Shown: piece after piece, positions 27,034 through 39,600 of the stretch
How the letters are laid out: each line of letters opens with the position of its first letter
How positions within the stretch are numbered: position 1 is the stretch's first letter
Assembly: GCF_006345805.1 (NCBI RefSeq)
Contig: NC_043002.1
Coordinates: 78,864,001 to 78,928,000, forward strand
DNA from: Octopus sinensis
Lineage: Eukaryota
Reading direction: 5' to 3'
Length of the DNA stretch: 64,000 nt
Notes under the pieces: model-generated
The model's database searches: none
What the model saw: only the letters and a program-made list of their open reading frames with translations
Told to the model about the DNA's origin: nothing
Position numbers and translations under genes: made by a program

Positions 27034-28163
27034 ATGCTCCACCGGTCACTCCTTGCAACACCTATCTGTGTTCGGTTTGTCCTTACACAGAGGCCATCCG
27101 GATTCCCGTTTGCGCCGTGAACAGGAATTAATCTTCTCTCTTCGCTCTTATACGCCATTTGGTCTCAACTCTCCCCCCCTCCTCATCTAACCCCCCCTCT
27201 CCCCCCTCCTCACCTATCCTTTCTCCCCCCGACCCCTACTTCTTCAGTCCTTCATCCTTTCACCCCTACTCCCCTTCCCTTCTTCCCTCTTTCTCCCTCC
27301 CTCTTCCCCTTCCCTCTGCTCCCTCACTCCCTCTCTCCCCTTCTCTCTCCCCCTCTCCCTCTTTCCTCCTTCATCCCCCTCCTCCCCTTCCTTCTCCCCC
27401 ATCCTCTCCTCTTCCCCCTTCTCCTCCCCCTCTTCTTCCCCTCCCCTTCTGCCCCCCTCTTCTCCCCCTCCCCTATTCTCCTCACTACACCACATGACTT
27501 TACACATCACATCACATATGATGTGCCATACTAATACACACACCAACTAATACATACTAATACGTACTAATACATACTAGTACATACTAATACTTACACC
27601 AACCCTATACATACACACGTCCAGACCCCGCATACGCACTTATACTCTCTCACACACACACACACACACTATACATACCAATACGTACTAATACATACAA
27701 TACATACCCAACCCCATACATACGCACGTCCAGACCAATCCTACGCACTAATACTCTCTCATACACACACACACACACACACACACACCCTTATACATAC
27801 TAATACATACACCAACCCTATACATACACACATCCAGACCCCTCCCACGCACTTTTAGCTGGTTCCTCAACCCTTTTATCAACCCTATTATCTCCCCTTA
27901 TTTCGCTCTCGCGTCTCATGTTTGATCTTTGACCTCTGGCCGAAATCAGATCGCCATGTTGATTCGTTAGCTACTGCACGCATTTTTTTTCTCTCCTTCT
28001 TTCTGTGTTTTTCTCTCTCTGTGTATCTTTCTGTTGAAGAGCGTAGGCTCGAAACGTTAAAGACTTGTTTTATTTATATTTCCTGAGCGCCATACTAATA
28101 CAATTGTTCGTTTGTTTTCCACCTGCCTTCGTCTTTTGTTTATTTTCATAAAGCTTCCCGTTA
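27034..28163 (+). mobile_element. 5'-truncated Penelope-like element (GIY-YIG endonuclease C-terminus + 3' region with hammerhead)
   Basis: 27034-27190 encodes [44 protein letters not shown], the typical PLE GIY-YIG tail (GHS..L.V....RLxxExxxIxxLxTxxPxGLN). Followed by a C/T tract, tandem repeats and a hammerhead motif, and bounded by (TA)n. Confidence 0.88.
28026..28063 (+). ncRNA. Minimal hammerhead-like motif of the PLE
   Basis: UCUUU-CUGUUGA-A-GAGC(GUAG)GCUC-GAAA-CGU-U-AAAGA: 5-bp stem I, 4-bp stem II, palindromic ACGU stem III. The core deviates from consensus (A6U, extra A after A9). Confidence 0.65.
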
Positions 28164-28209
28164 TATATGTATATATATGTATATGTATATATATGTATAT
28201 ATATATGTA

Positions 28210-28258
<49 letters not shown>

Positions 28259-28659
28259 GTATGTGTGTGTATATGTTTGTATGTCTGTGTTTGTCCCCCC
28301 CCCCAACATTGCTTGTCAACTGATGCTGGTGTGTTTACGTCCCTTTAACTTAGCAGTTTGGCAAAAGAGACCGATAGAATAAGTACTAGGCTTACAAAAA
28401 TAAGTCCAGGGTCGATTTGGTTGACTAAAGGCAGTGCTCCAGCATGGCCACAGTCAAATGACTGAAGCAAGTAAAAGAGTAATGCTTAGGTGCATTGTAA
28501 CTCATTGTAAAAAAAAGCTAAAAGCAAAAGAGGGACAAAAAACAGCCATAAATCAAATAAAGAAAGTCAGCAATAAAAGCTAAAAGTACATTTACAGTAC
28601 ACAGCATAAAACACAAGAAGATTGAAAAAGGAACTGTAAAAGAGCTGTAAAGAGGAAAG

Positions 28660-28850
28660 GGTGTATAGACACATCAGGAATAGAGTTGGCAGATTTTGAG
28701 AAGCATGGAATTTTTGAAGGGGGGCAGTGTCCTGACAGCTAACAGCTAACACGGGCAGTTTATTCCATGCTTCAGGAATTCAGAGCATGAAAAATTGTTT
28801 CCGAAAGTCACAAATGTTGCAGTGTTTCTTTTGATTTTATAAGCATATCC
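28660..28850 (-). mobile_element. CR1-like LINE 3' fragment
   Basis: Minus strand reads GYAYKIK..DFRKQFFML*IPEAWNKLP..VSCQDTAPFK. Confidence 0.65.
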
Positions 28851-29029
28851 AGCAAGCTGACAGAATTATCGACATGCTGGACACAATGCTTAGCAGTATT
28901 TTTGGTTGTCCTTACATTCTGAATTCAGATTCTGCCTAGGTCAACTCTGCCCTTCATCCTTTTGGGGTCAATAAAATAAGTACTAGTTGAGCACTGGAGT
29001 TGATGTAATTGGTTCAACTACTTCTGGAT

Positions 29030-29225
29030 ATGAGTATAAAAACTGCATCCCTCTGCAAAGCCATGTTGAGCCAATATTGCAGAGTAGGTTTATCAAACCA
29101 GTATGATCTTAAGTTAAAATTCACAGCCTCTACATCAGACCATGGTTGGTGGAAAGAATATGTTGAGGCCTTTGTCCTGCATTGGACCTGAACATAGGCA
29201 ATCCAATCCAATTCAAGCATGTCTA
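29030..29225 (+). mobile_element. Old non-LTR (RTE-like) 3' fragment; related copy at about 4055-4175 (minus)
   Basis: Shares blocks with 4055-4175 in opposite orientation. Encodes DHGWWKEYVEAFVLHWT, like RTE ORF ends. Confidence 0.5.
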
Positions 29226-29308
29226 TGAATTGAAAAAGTGTTAAATTAAAAAAGGTGACCAAATTGATATCCTCTTTATTCCATCCTTTTCGCTGTTTTC
29301 ATTATAAA

Positions 29309-29602
29309 TCTTTATATATAAAAGTGAAGTTGTGTGTCTGTCTCCTACGATTTAGATTCCTAACTACTCCTACATTTTGCGGTGCAGTTTAACCAAAACC
29401 GGGTATTTTATAGTCATGATTCATATCCAGCCCTTCTGGGTATTAGCGCGCATCTATGATGAGTCAACGATTTAAAAAAAAATTTACCATCATTTTTTTT
29501 CCATTTTTAATGCATTTTTGCTATTTTTTGGCTATAACTCTCTAAAAATGCTTTATAGTTGTTTCCCTTACAAACCCGAGCAACGCCGGGCGATACTGCT
29601 AG
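29309..29602 (+). mobile_element. Non-autonomous Helitron (294 bp)
   Basis: A|TC 5' end (TCTTTATATATAAAAG), subterminal hairpin CCCGAGCAACGCCGGG, CTAG|T 3' end, no TSD. Confidence 0.88.
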
Positions 29603-29731
29603 TGTAATATAAAACTTCTTAATTTTCTCAAACTCATTATAGCAAATTATATGAAAATTTTTCATTTATTTCACCATGTTGATTTTATTTACATGTTTCT
29701 CATTATTCGTTCTTCTTCTATAATATTTTAG

Positions 29732-29923
29732 GAGAATGTCGCTGCACAAATATTGAAGTCCCTGAGGTTTATGTTGAGGGATATTACATCATGACTGTTT
29801 GGGGTTTTAAAGAAGATCAGTCTTTAATATTTTCCAAAACCATTGATGATTTGAAGATTGTTAACAAAAACACACTAACATTTATACAGACTGATAAATA
29901 CATGTATATTCCTGGTCAAACAG
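29732..29923 (+). CDS. A2M: A2M-like exon (MG1/MG2 boundary)
   Basis: tttag acceptor, CAG|gtaata donor. Encodes GECRCTNIEVPEV...NTLTFIQTDKYMYIPGQT with the hallmark FIQTDKxxYxPGQTV motif of thioester-family proteins. 192 nt, phase 1/1. Confidence 0.95.
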
Positions 29924-30370
29924 GTAATAGAAACCACTTTGTAAAACTCTTCGTTTTTGTTCCTTTGTTTTTTTTTTGTTTTGTTTTTTTGTTTTTCTTT
30001 TGATATAGATTAGCCTTTTAATGTTGTTGTGAAATTTGATTTTTTTAAATCCTCAGTCAACTCTGATCCAGTGTCCTATAATCAAAAGTATTCCAGCTGT
30101 AACCATCCTATGTTCTTTTTAAACATAATTTATTATTCAATACATCTTTACTGGGGGTTTTTTCTAAGAAGATATGATATGGTTTAAGAGAGATATGGTT
30201 GCTACTTCTAGCAGGTTGAGCAACTGTTAGGGATCTCTTCTTGATCTCTGACATTTTGTTGATTTATATATATATATATATATATATATGGTGAGGAGGG
30301 ATGGTGGTATGTATTACAGCACTAAATTCTAGTTACTGATAATATTCTAGTGAGGGGCATAAACATCACA

Positions 30371-30408
<38 letters not shown>

Positions 30409-31185
30409 TTGTTAAGCCATTTCTTAACTAATCTGAACTAATTTAGCAATAAGGAAACTTCACAGATGCCAAAATTCTTAAGTTAAAGGTCAAACAGGAA
30501 TAATCAGTTCTGTAACAGACAAATAACTGAATCTCAGTGCCATTATCCTTTAATCTAGTTATTTTTGGATGTTGTTTATTCTTACGTTGGTCTCATTCAA
30601 GTAGACTTATGATCAAAGAATTTCAACTCATAACCACCTCATTGATTTATCATGGAAATGTACCCTTTTAAGATGATAGGACATGGTATGGTAGAAATTT
30701 TTGTGGCTATTTCTTGCAGGTCCTGCAACCTGCTTGAAAAACCAGCATATCAGTTTGTGATATTGTTTAGGGATAATACAGTTGTACCTTGTGGTGATTA
30801 TACTGAAATTTCTGTGGCAATCTTGAAAATGATCATGGAAACTGAATTGAAAGAATTAATTGATAATGTGAAATTTCTGGTTTTCTTTTTCCAATAACAT
30901 TTTACTTTTATGTCTAAGTTATTTTTAAGACAATAGTATCAAGACGATGACACACATACACACACATGCACAACACAGGCTTCTTTCAGTTTCCATCTAC
31001 CAAATTCACTCACAAGGGCTTTGGTCAGCTTGGGGCTATGGTAGAAGGTAAAAGCGGTACTAATGACTTTTGCTGATTGAAGACAGTATTTCAAGGAGAT
31101 GGCATGTCAGACATATGAGTGATGTTTGATTTTTTTTTTCCATAAAATTTAATAAAATTAATCAAACTAATTTTTTGTTTTGCAG

Positions 31186-31238
31186 TAAAATTCCGGATTG
31201 TCACAACCAATATCAACTTGATGAGTAAACCAGGATTG
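31186..31238 (+). CDS. A2M: A2M-like exon (MG2)
   Basis: ttttgcag acceptor, gtttgt donor. Encodes (V)KFRIVTTNINLMSKPGL, completing PGQTVKFR. 53 nt, phase 1/0. Confidence 0.92.
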
Positions 31239-33089
31239 GTTTGTATTCACCTTTGAATTGTTTTTCTTTTTCTTTTTTCAAATATTTAAATATTATTCAG
31301 TGTGAGCAATAAACATAGCTTCTACTTATATAGTATCAACATCTATGCATTAGGAAACACACAAAACTAAATAGTCTGACTGTTTGTCTCTCAGCAAGAG
31401 AGCTCTGCATAGGTGCATGACCTTATCTTATTTATTATTTATTTATAATTCATTTACATATCTTTCATATAATTGTTTGTCCATTCATTTATGTGTTTGT
31501 TCAACTATTCATCTGTGAATGATGGATGAATAGGTATAGTGAAGAAGGGGTAGTAGCCACCATGACTTTTTCTTCTAAGACTGGTATGAGAAATGCAGAA
31601 TGTTATTCTCCTACTAGAGACCTAGTCTAGATGTGAACTCCCCTAGAGGCACATGTAGACCAGGTAGTAAAGCTAAACTGGACGACAAATTGAATCTACT
31701 CACCATCCAAAAATAAGAACAGTTCACTTAACAGGCTTCTACACAATTTCTGTCTTACTAATTTTCTTTGATTATATTGAGGCTGTTTTAGAAGGAATTT
31801 AGCCAAAATTCCACACAGTAGGATCAAACATTAAGCCACATAGTTGCAAGGCAAGATTTATACCCACTCGACCTTACTTGCTAGAAATGGTAGCCAAATC
31901 TCCTTCATATCACATCTTACAATCTTAAAAAATGAAGGAGATGTTAGAGAATGTAGTCCTACATATCTCTGGAAATGCATGATGGTCATGGCTGTAATAT
32001 TTTGTGCTGATAGTTCTGGTCAATTCAATTCGGCCTGAGCTTAAAGAATTTAATATTTCTAATAGAAATAGCTATGAGGTTGTTAGGTATGTTATAGCAC
32101 TTTCTATAATTCTAACTAGGAAATTAAATGGATTTGGTTTTTCAAGAATTGCTTTGTAAGACACATAAAAACCTCAATGGAAAGGAACCAAAAGTTGGAT
32201 AATTCCCTTCCATTATTAGAACATTAATCTTTATGACAGCAACTTACCTGAGATTGCTCTATTTCTGTGATAAAATCCTCATTTAAAGTGTTCATACCTA
32301 AATTAAAACTTTCCAACAGAATTTTATAGAAGACCATTTTGTTATGTTCCGAACATCAGCTTAATAACGAAAAACTTTAGTTATTTCAATAAATACTTCT
32401 AATTTCTTAATTATTTTCAAAATTAATTAGAACTTATTTACAGTGTATTGAATTATAAGTATCATCCCGAAAGGGTTATGGACATAAGTAAAGTGAACTA
32501 ACAACTGTTAGGAATCAAAACTGAGCAATAAAATTAGCTTAACGTCACACTTTTTTTAAGATTTTAAGCTATTTTCCTGGGGTACCCTTACATCTTAATA
32601 TCTTTTAAAATTATTTTATTCTAATTGATACTGATGGTGGTCGCAATGGTGGTGACAGCTGCAGCAGCAGCTGGTAGAGACAGTGATGACAACATAGACA
32701 TGAATACTGACATTTTGAGGAGAAGAATTATCAGTGTTGCTATGTTTAAAGTTTTACCAAGGCCATTAAAAATATAATTGAAATGCAGTAGTTCCAATTA
32801 GGAATCAAGTCCTGGTCATAAACTTCATTCCTCAATAAATTATGGCACCATCTAGAAGACAGTTATTAACAGGATTTCATTATTTCTTCTTGTCTTCATT
32901 TTTTAAAAATCGTTTTAAAATTATTCATCAGATGAAATATTAGTTTCTTTATATCTTTAGTCTGTTTTTACTTGTCTCCGTGACACAGAAATATACTATC
33001 TAAACATCAAGCTAAGTAAAATCATGGCAATCCATACATACATACTTGTCCCTCTCTCAACTGAGAGGTCCTAGTTTTGTGGGCCCATA

Positions 33090-33392
33090 GGTGCTGGTGG
33101 TGCATAAAAGTACTTGTGCCAGTATTGCTTAAAAGCACCCATGCCAGTACATTGTCAAAACTTCTATGCTGTGCTGGGGCCATATAAAAGTGCCTCGGAT
33201 GGTGCCACACAAAAGCACCTGTACCAGTGCCATGTTAAAGCACTCACTACACTCTGTAAAATGGTTGTCATTAAGAAGGGCATCCAGCCATGGAAACCAT
33301 GCCAAAGCAGACAAAATGGATCCTAGGCAGCTCAAGAGCTGGCCAGCCCTTGTTAAACCCTATGACCCATGCTGTTATGGAGAATGGACATG
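33090..33392 (+). mobile_element. Family C element, diverged
   Basis: Repeated ggtggcacataaaagcacc units, then aagaagggcatccagcc. Confidence 0.7.
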
Positions 33393-34178
33393 CATTATAA
33401 TTAGCCAAAATTTGCAATTTTTGCAGAGGCATAAAGTTCCATGTTTATAATCCTCAACTCCTGGGCATTGTCGTCTAGAGTCCTAGGACTTGTACCCAGT
33501 TTCCATGATGTATAAGTGGCTGAGATCATAGCATTGCCACTGAACAGGATCTTTGGCCATCATAAGGTTACTCATTTACAGATGGTTGGAGTATAGCATT
33601 GTGCAATGAAGTGCTTTGCTCAAGAACACAAAACATCGCCTGGTCCAGGAACTGAAACCATGTTCTTGTGATTGTTTATGTGACACCCTATCCACTAGGC
33701 CACATGCTCTCCACTTGTTTATATTCGTAAAAATGATGAAATGAGAGGTTCTCATGTTTGTACTTTATCAAAGTCGCTATTAACCATCATAACTGCCTTA
33801 GTTATCACAGACATTATCACCACCGCAATTGCCACTACTATCACCACTGCCACAAAAACAATAAATCATTATAACTACCCTTTCAAATACTATCAATTAC
33901 AACTATTTTTACATGAGCTAACAAGGGAGCCTCTACTGGGCTGCTTGACTTGCTATTAACCAAATCTTCCTGAAATTACAGCTTACTGTAATGAAAATGT
34001 AGAACACATTAGATGAGGTTGTTCCCAGCGATGGATTAACCATTAAGTAAAATAAGCAAGTGCTTAGGGTATCAAAGGAAGCGGGGGGCGGGGGGGGCAC
34101 CACAGAAATGGTAAATGGTTTATGGCACAAAAGAAATCACTTTAAACTTGCTAAAGTAATATTAGAAATGGTCTATAT

Positions 34179-34490
34179 CAGTGGTTCGCAAAGTGAGCGG
34201 TATTGCCCCTTTGGGGGGCAGTAGAAAGTTCCAAGGGGGCATTGAAGAAAAGTGGGGTGATAATGGGGTAGCGATTCATGTAAACAGTGGGGTGATAAAG
34301 GGGTAGCAATTCATGTAAAAACAACAAAATAATGGGTTTCTTTAGGTTAAGTTATATTTAGGAAATACATTTGCTTTGAATTTGCTTCAGAAAGAGACCT
34401 GTGTTTGTGATGGTTTGGTGGGGTGAGAGCACTAGGAATATGGCCTGGGTGTCAAGTGGGTGGCAGCCCGCAAAAGTTTGGGAACCTCTA
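34179..34490. mobile_element. hAT (Charlie-like) MITE
   Basis: Imperfect TIRs CAGTGGTTCGCAAAGT / AGTTTGGGAACCTCT. TSD not recognisable. Confidence 0.6.
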
Positions 34491-35302
34491 ATTGATATGA
34501 TCAGAAGTATAATTTCAAAGTGTTCATGATGTCATAGTGAGGATCTGATCAAAGACTTCACAATTTAAAAAAAAAGTAAGAGAAAAGTTTTCAAATATAA
34601 AGTGGAAGTATACAAAAATAAACATTATTTATCCCCCATCTTACTGTTAGTTTTGTTTCATTTTGAAAAATAAAAATTTATTCTATGGGTTTATTATTAT
34701 TTATATTTTGAATTACATATATATATAGGACTCGAAAATCTTTTAAGTGCTTAGGGCCTGTATGGGTCCTAATCCAACCCTAGTTGTCCTCAATATAAAA
34801 AGCCAGTCATGACAAGAATATCTTTTGATTAAAGGTCTTCTCAATCAGAACTGCCCTAGGGTTAAAAAACATGGACAACAACCATAACTAATACTTTTAT
34901 CAGCAAAGAACATCTTTACAAAGATTAACAATGCCATATTAGGGAGCATTTTTTTAGCAAACTCCCTAGCACCTTTAAAATAAGGAGCACATGGTTTCCA
35001 TCTTGAAAAAACAGCCGACAGATTGGCTGTGACTGAAAAACACTGAATGCTTTGTTCAGTCAGCTACCTCTGTGATATTTTTTCCATCCAAGCAGAACTG
35101 ACTGAGGCTACCAAAAATCAGGAACATTATTATTATAACAAAGAATATCTTTATCATTGTACAAATATATAAACTCTTATTGCATAGCTCCGTTTTGTTT
35201 TATAGTTTGCTAGTTTTTTTAAAAATTTTTAACTAAGCTTTGTTTAGTAAAAAACGTCTAAGCTTTGTTGTATGAAAGGAGATGTTTTGCTTATCTTCTC
35301 AG

Positions 35303-35375
35303 ATATCTGAAGTAGCTGTTTTAAATCCCAATGGTATCAAGATGAAGAAATGGGCAGATATTTTTAACCAGAAAG
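35303..35375 (+). CDS. A2M: A2M-like exon (MG2)
   Basis: cttctcag acceptor, AAG|gtatga donor. Encodes ISEVAVLNPNGIKMKKWADIFNQK, matching the IxDPxGNRIxQW motif. 73 nt, phase 0/1. Confidence 0.92.
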
Positions 35376-35442
35376 GTATGATTCTTTAATTATTTCAAAT
35401 ATTGATGATGATGATGATGATGATGACGACAACGACGACAAT

Positions 35443-35658
35443 CCTTTCTATTATAATAGGCACAAGGCCTGCAATTTTGGGGGAGGGGTACATTCGATTA
35501 CATCACCCACAGTGATCAACTGGTACTTATTTTATCGACCCTAAAAGATGAAAGTTAAAGTTGACCACGGTGGAATTTGAACTCAGAATGTAAAGACGGA
35601 CGAAATGTCACCAAGCATTTTGCCCTGTGTGCTAACAATTCTGCCAGCTTGCCATCTT
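35443..35658 (-). mobile_element. SINE family B (two further decayed copies at 35765-36180)
   Basis: ggcacaaggcctgcaattttggggg...ggtacttattttatcgacc...gctaacaattctgccagcttgccatc. Confidence 0.82.
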
Positions 35659-35681
35659 CAAAAAAGTGTAATTCTATCACA

Positions 35682-35754
35682 AGTCCCCTGTAAGGATCAA
35701 ACTCATGACTCCTGGTTTACAAGGCCAGTGCTCTACCTACTGAGCTATCTAGGC
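35682..35754 (-). pseudogene. tRNA-Thr(UGU) pseudogene
   Basis: Minus strand GCCTAGA-TA-GCTC-AGTAGGTA-GAGC-A-CTGGC-CTTGTAA-ACCAG-GAGTC-ATGAG-TTTGATC-CTTAC-AGGGGAC. Perfect D stem and TGT anticodon, but broken acceptor stem and TTC>TTT in the T loop. Confidence 0.78.
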
Positions 35755-36226
35755 AACAATGATGATTTCAAATTTTGATGCATGGCCAGCAACTTCAGAG
35801 TTGGGGGATAAGTCGATTACATTGACCCCAGTGTTCAACTGGTGCTTATTTTATCAACCCCAAAAGATAAAATGGCAAAGTCAGTCTCATAATGTAAAGA
35901 TGGATGCAATGTTGCTAAGCATTTTGCCAACTTACCACCTTAATAATAATGCTTTATTGTTATTCTTTTTAATTTTGGAACATGTCCAACGATTATGAGG
36001 GGAGGTGACAAGATGACTACATCAACTCCAGTACTTCAATGATACTATATTTCTATGATCCTGCAAAGATGAAAGATAAAGTTGACTTCAGCAGATTTTG
36101 AACTCAGAATGTAAAACTCAGGAATAATGCCACTAAGCATTTTGTTTGACATGCTAATAATTCTGCCAGCTCACCACCTTCATAATAATAATAATAATAA
36201 TAATAATTTAAAAAATAATAATAATA

Positions 36227-36412
36227 GGCGCAGGAGTGGCTGTGTGGTAAGTAACTTGCTAACCAACAAACATGGTTCCGGGTTCAGTCCCACTCGTGTA
36301 GTCCCACTGCGTGGCATCTTGGGCAAGTGTCTTCTGCTATAGCCCCGGGCCGACCAATGCCTTGTGAGTGGATTTGGTAGACAGAAACTGAAAGAAGCCT
36401 GTCGTATATATG

Positions 36413-36449
<37 letters not shown>

Positions 36450-36639
36450 TTGTCTCCCTAGCATTGCTTGACAACCGATGCTGGTGTGTTTATGTCCCCG
36501 TCACTTAGCGGTTCAGCAAAAGAGACCGATAGAATAAGTACTGGGCTTACAAAGAATAAGTCCCGGGGTCGATTTGCTTGACTAAAGGCGGTGCTCCAGC
36601 ATGACCGCAGTCAAATGACTGAAACAAGTAAGAGAGTAA
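36227..36639 (+). mobile_element. SINE family A (full length, well preserved)
   Basis: GGCGCAGGAGTGGCTGTGTGG head to AAGAGAGTAA tail, with a small internal duplication agtcccact. Confidence 0.93.
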
Positions 36640-39600
36640 TGATAATAATCAGGAAAGGATTAGATAGTTAAAAAGAACAGTTAGCATGGTACCGTAGGCT
36701 GCAGGCAGCAAGCCTACTATGCATGCAAGACTCTAGGAGTTCCAACAAAACCTGAGTTAAAAAGAACAATAGCCTTTTGTTTATTTGCCACAAAGTTTCA
36801 TGTAATCAATAAGAATGTTAAAAAATGAATTAAAAATTTGGATGGATAAGACAAATATATATTTTTATAACAAGCTTCCATACAGTCTCCATCTACCAAA
36901 TTAACTCACAATACATTGGTCAGTCTGGGGCTATAATAGTAGTGGGAGATAACAAAGAAAATCTGATAGTCATATGATTTGGACTCGGCATTAGAAGCCA
37001 ACTAGAGTTTAATTCAACTTGGTTATTCCTTTAAATCCACCAACAAGTTTAGAGAAAGGCTCTATGACATACGGCTTTCCTTCTTATCTCATACCCACTT
37101 AGGATGTTATTTTGTTACTGGTGGTGGTGGCAGTGGTAGTATTGATTTGTCAGATCAGCCTTGATGGAGCAAACCTAGAATCAAAGGCATTCCAAGCTTG
37201 AATACTGTGTCTTATTAGATTGTAATATCTGATGTGTCTTTCCTCTTTCTTTTTGTTTTTTTAAGATAGTAGGGTAAAAATCTATAATGAATGTATTAAA
37301 GATTTGATATAAAAAGACAATAGATATAACAAATATAATATGAAGCAGAATAATTAAAACAAGATATTATATTGAAGACAAAAACATGGAAACAAGCATT
37401 TGAGTTAACTGCTCATGCATAGGTGAAAACCTACATACTAGGACAAGTTGAAGTATTCCATATATTTGTCTCTTTGCCAGTTAGTCTGTTGCATCCCAAA
37501 CAGGGTCATGAATAGTTCAGGCACCAGGGTGGGTAGGAAAGGGTCCCTGAAATCCTGAAAGTTCAGTTACTTTTGCCAATCCACTGAGTCCCAAGAAGAA
37601 GATGAACTTCTCAGTTTTCATTCCTTCATCATGAAGTTCCTCTTTTGACTGTTCTGTACACTTTCTCCCGAGGCTGACTTACTTTTCTTTGTACCTAGAA
37701 GACAGGTCACCACCTCAGTCATCTTTGAAATAGCAACTGGTGGCTCTGTTGGGACATCATCCTCCAGAACCCACTGATATATTGTTGCAGATTTTGCTAT
37801 CATTCACCTCTATCTCTCCTCCCTCTCTCTTCTAGTTCCTTAGAGCAGAAAGCACTCAAGTGGTTTTTACTGACACCATGCAACAGAAAGGCTTTCCGAT
37901 CAACACCACCAGTCTTAACACTTTTGTGTCTCTACCCATAGTGAAGCACAGCTCTTGAATAGTTCTGTGGTCCTAAAGAGCTGTAAGGACTTGTAAGCCC
38001 ATGCTGATCCTCTCCCAACTACATCATTCTTCATCACCTCTGCATCTACCATCCTGCCCATATTGTGCTTCAAAGGTGACAATAAGCCAAGGGTCAATAT
38101 CTCTACAATACCTCTGACTGTCATTTTTGTGTTACACTAGCTTATATATTGAGATATGAACCTATAACAAATGTCTTTCACACTATTTTTACCTGGTAAT
38201 GTGCTTCACACTCAGTCTCGAAGATCAGGCAGATGATACCATAAACCATGTTTCAGCCCTCCCCCTCCTTCTTTGCCTTTCTAGTTTCATGAGGCTTGCA
38301 AAAGATTATTGGTACTGCCAGTCAGATTTGAACTCATGAAAATAATAGTTATTTTCAACATCTACACAATGACACAAATTTTGGTAACAGAAACAATAAA
38401 TTATATTGGCCCTAGTACATGTTGGGTATTTATTTTATCGTTCCTACAAGAATGAAAAATATAGTTGTTTGCATTGCCAAGATCAAACACAGTTTTAAAG
38501 GGATATGGCAAAGTACTTTTGCCTGTCCATTTACCAATTCTACCAGTGTAAATCTCAATCTCTTGGTTATAGGAATATTAAAAATCTTTAACAATTTCCA
38601 ATTAACAAATAATGTTTTCATTTTATTTTTTGTTGTCATATAATATTTAAAAATATGGTTTTTCCCTAATAATTTATAATGGTGGAATATTGGTTTATTT
38701 TAATATTTTAATTAACATTTAAACTCTAATTATTCTTTGCTAAAATTTAGTAGAATTGGACACTGGAATTACGTGAAAATAAAACCTGAAATTGCAATCT
38801 CTTTTTAATGGCAATACTTGGCTTCAAGTTGTTGTTTCTTTGTTTCTCCTTGCATTTTTTTTACCTCCTTTGTTTTACATCATGTATTTTCATGAAAATC
38901 TTTTTATGATATGTGTTTGAAAGTTTTCTTACATGCAAACCACACAATGGAGGAGGATGTCATTGCTTTTTGTAAGAACATAAATGTTCCCCTTTGGGTT
39001 TTTACAATGAACAGTTTTCATACAGCAACAGAATTGGCCACCATCTGTTAAATTGTATTTACTTTCCCCCTGAGATATTGCCTAGGCTATGTGAAAGCTG
39101 TGTATTTTTGTAGAAATAACAAACTTCTTATGGACATCTTTTAGTTTTTACTCTTTGAACATTTATTATTCATTCATTCACACACCCATACTCACAAAGC
39201 CATTACTATTTTTTTTTGTTTTGTTTTATATGGCAGATTGTTTTTAAAGGCATTATAAATTAGGGTTGTTTTGAATAATGTTTTTTTTTTAAAGTCAATT
39301 ATAAACTTTGAATTTTGCTTTTCTGAAAGAAATAATTAAAAGCTAAAAAAAACATTTTGACTAATTTATATTACTACTATTTTGGTTTTTAAAAAAAATA
39401 ACAAAAAAGCTATATAAAATAAATACTTAAAAAATAGGTAACTTCACATTGTATACACATCAAAGAATATATTCTTTAAAATAATTTGGAATGAGTAGTA
39501 TTAGTTATAAATTTATTATCAATCTTTATTTTATTTGCAAAAAACAGAAGTAGAAAAATAGATCAAATATAGGTGAATTGCTTTTTTTTTTTTTTTTGAA

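Noticed and set aside
27159-27546. Pro/Ser-rich and Glu/Gly-rich ORFs
   Set aside because: Low-complexity C/T tract with no splice or codon support.
38573-38643. Possible A2M exon GILKIFNNFQL after ttatag
   Set aside because: Runs into a stop without a good donor. The exon at 41656 fits both motif and phase.
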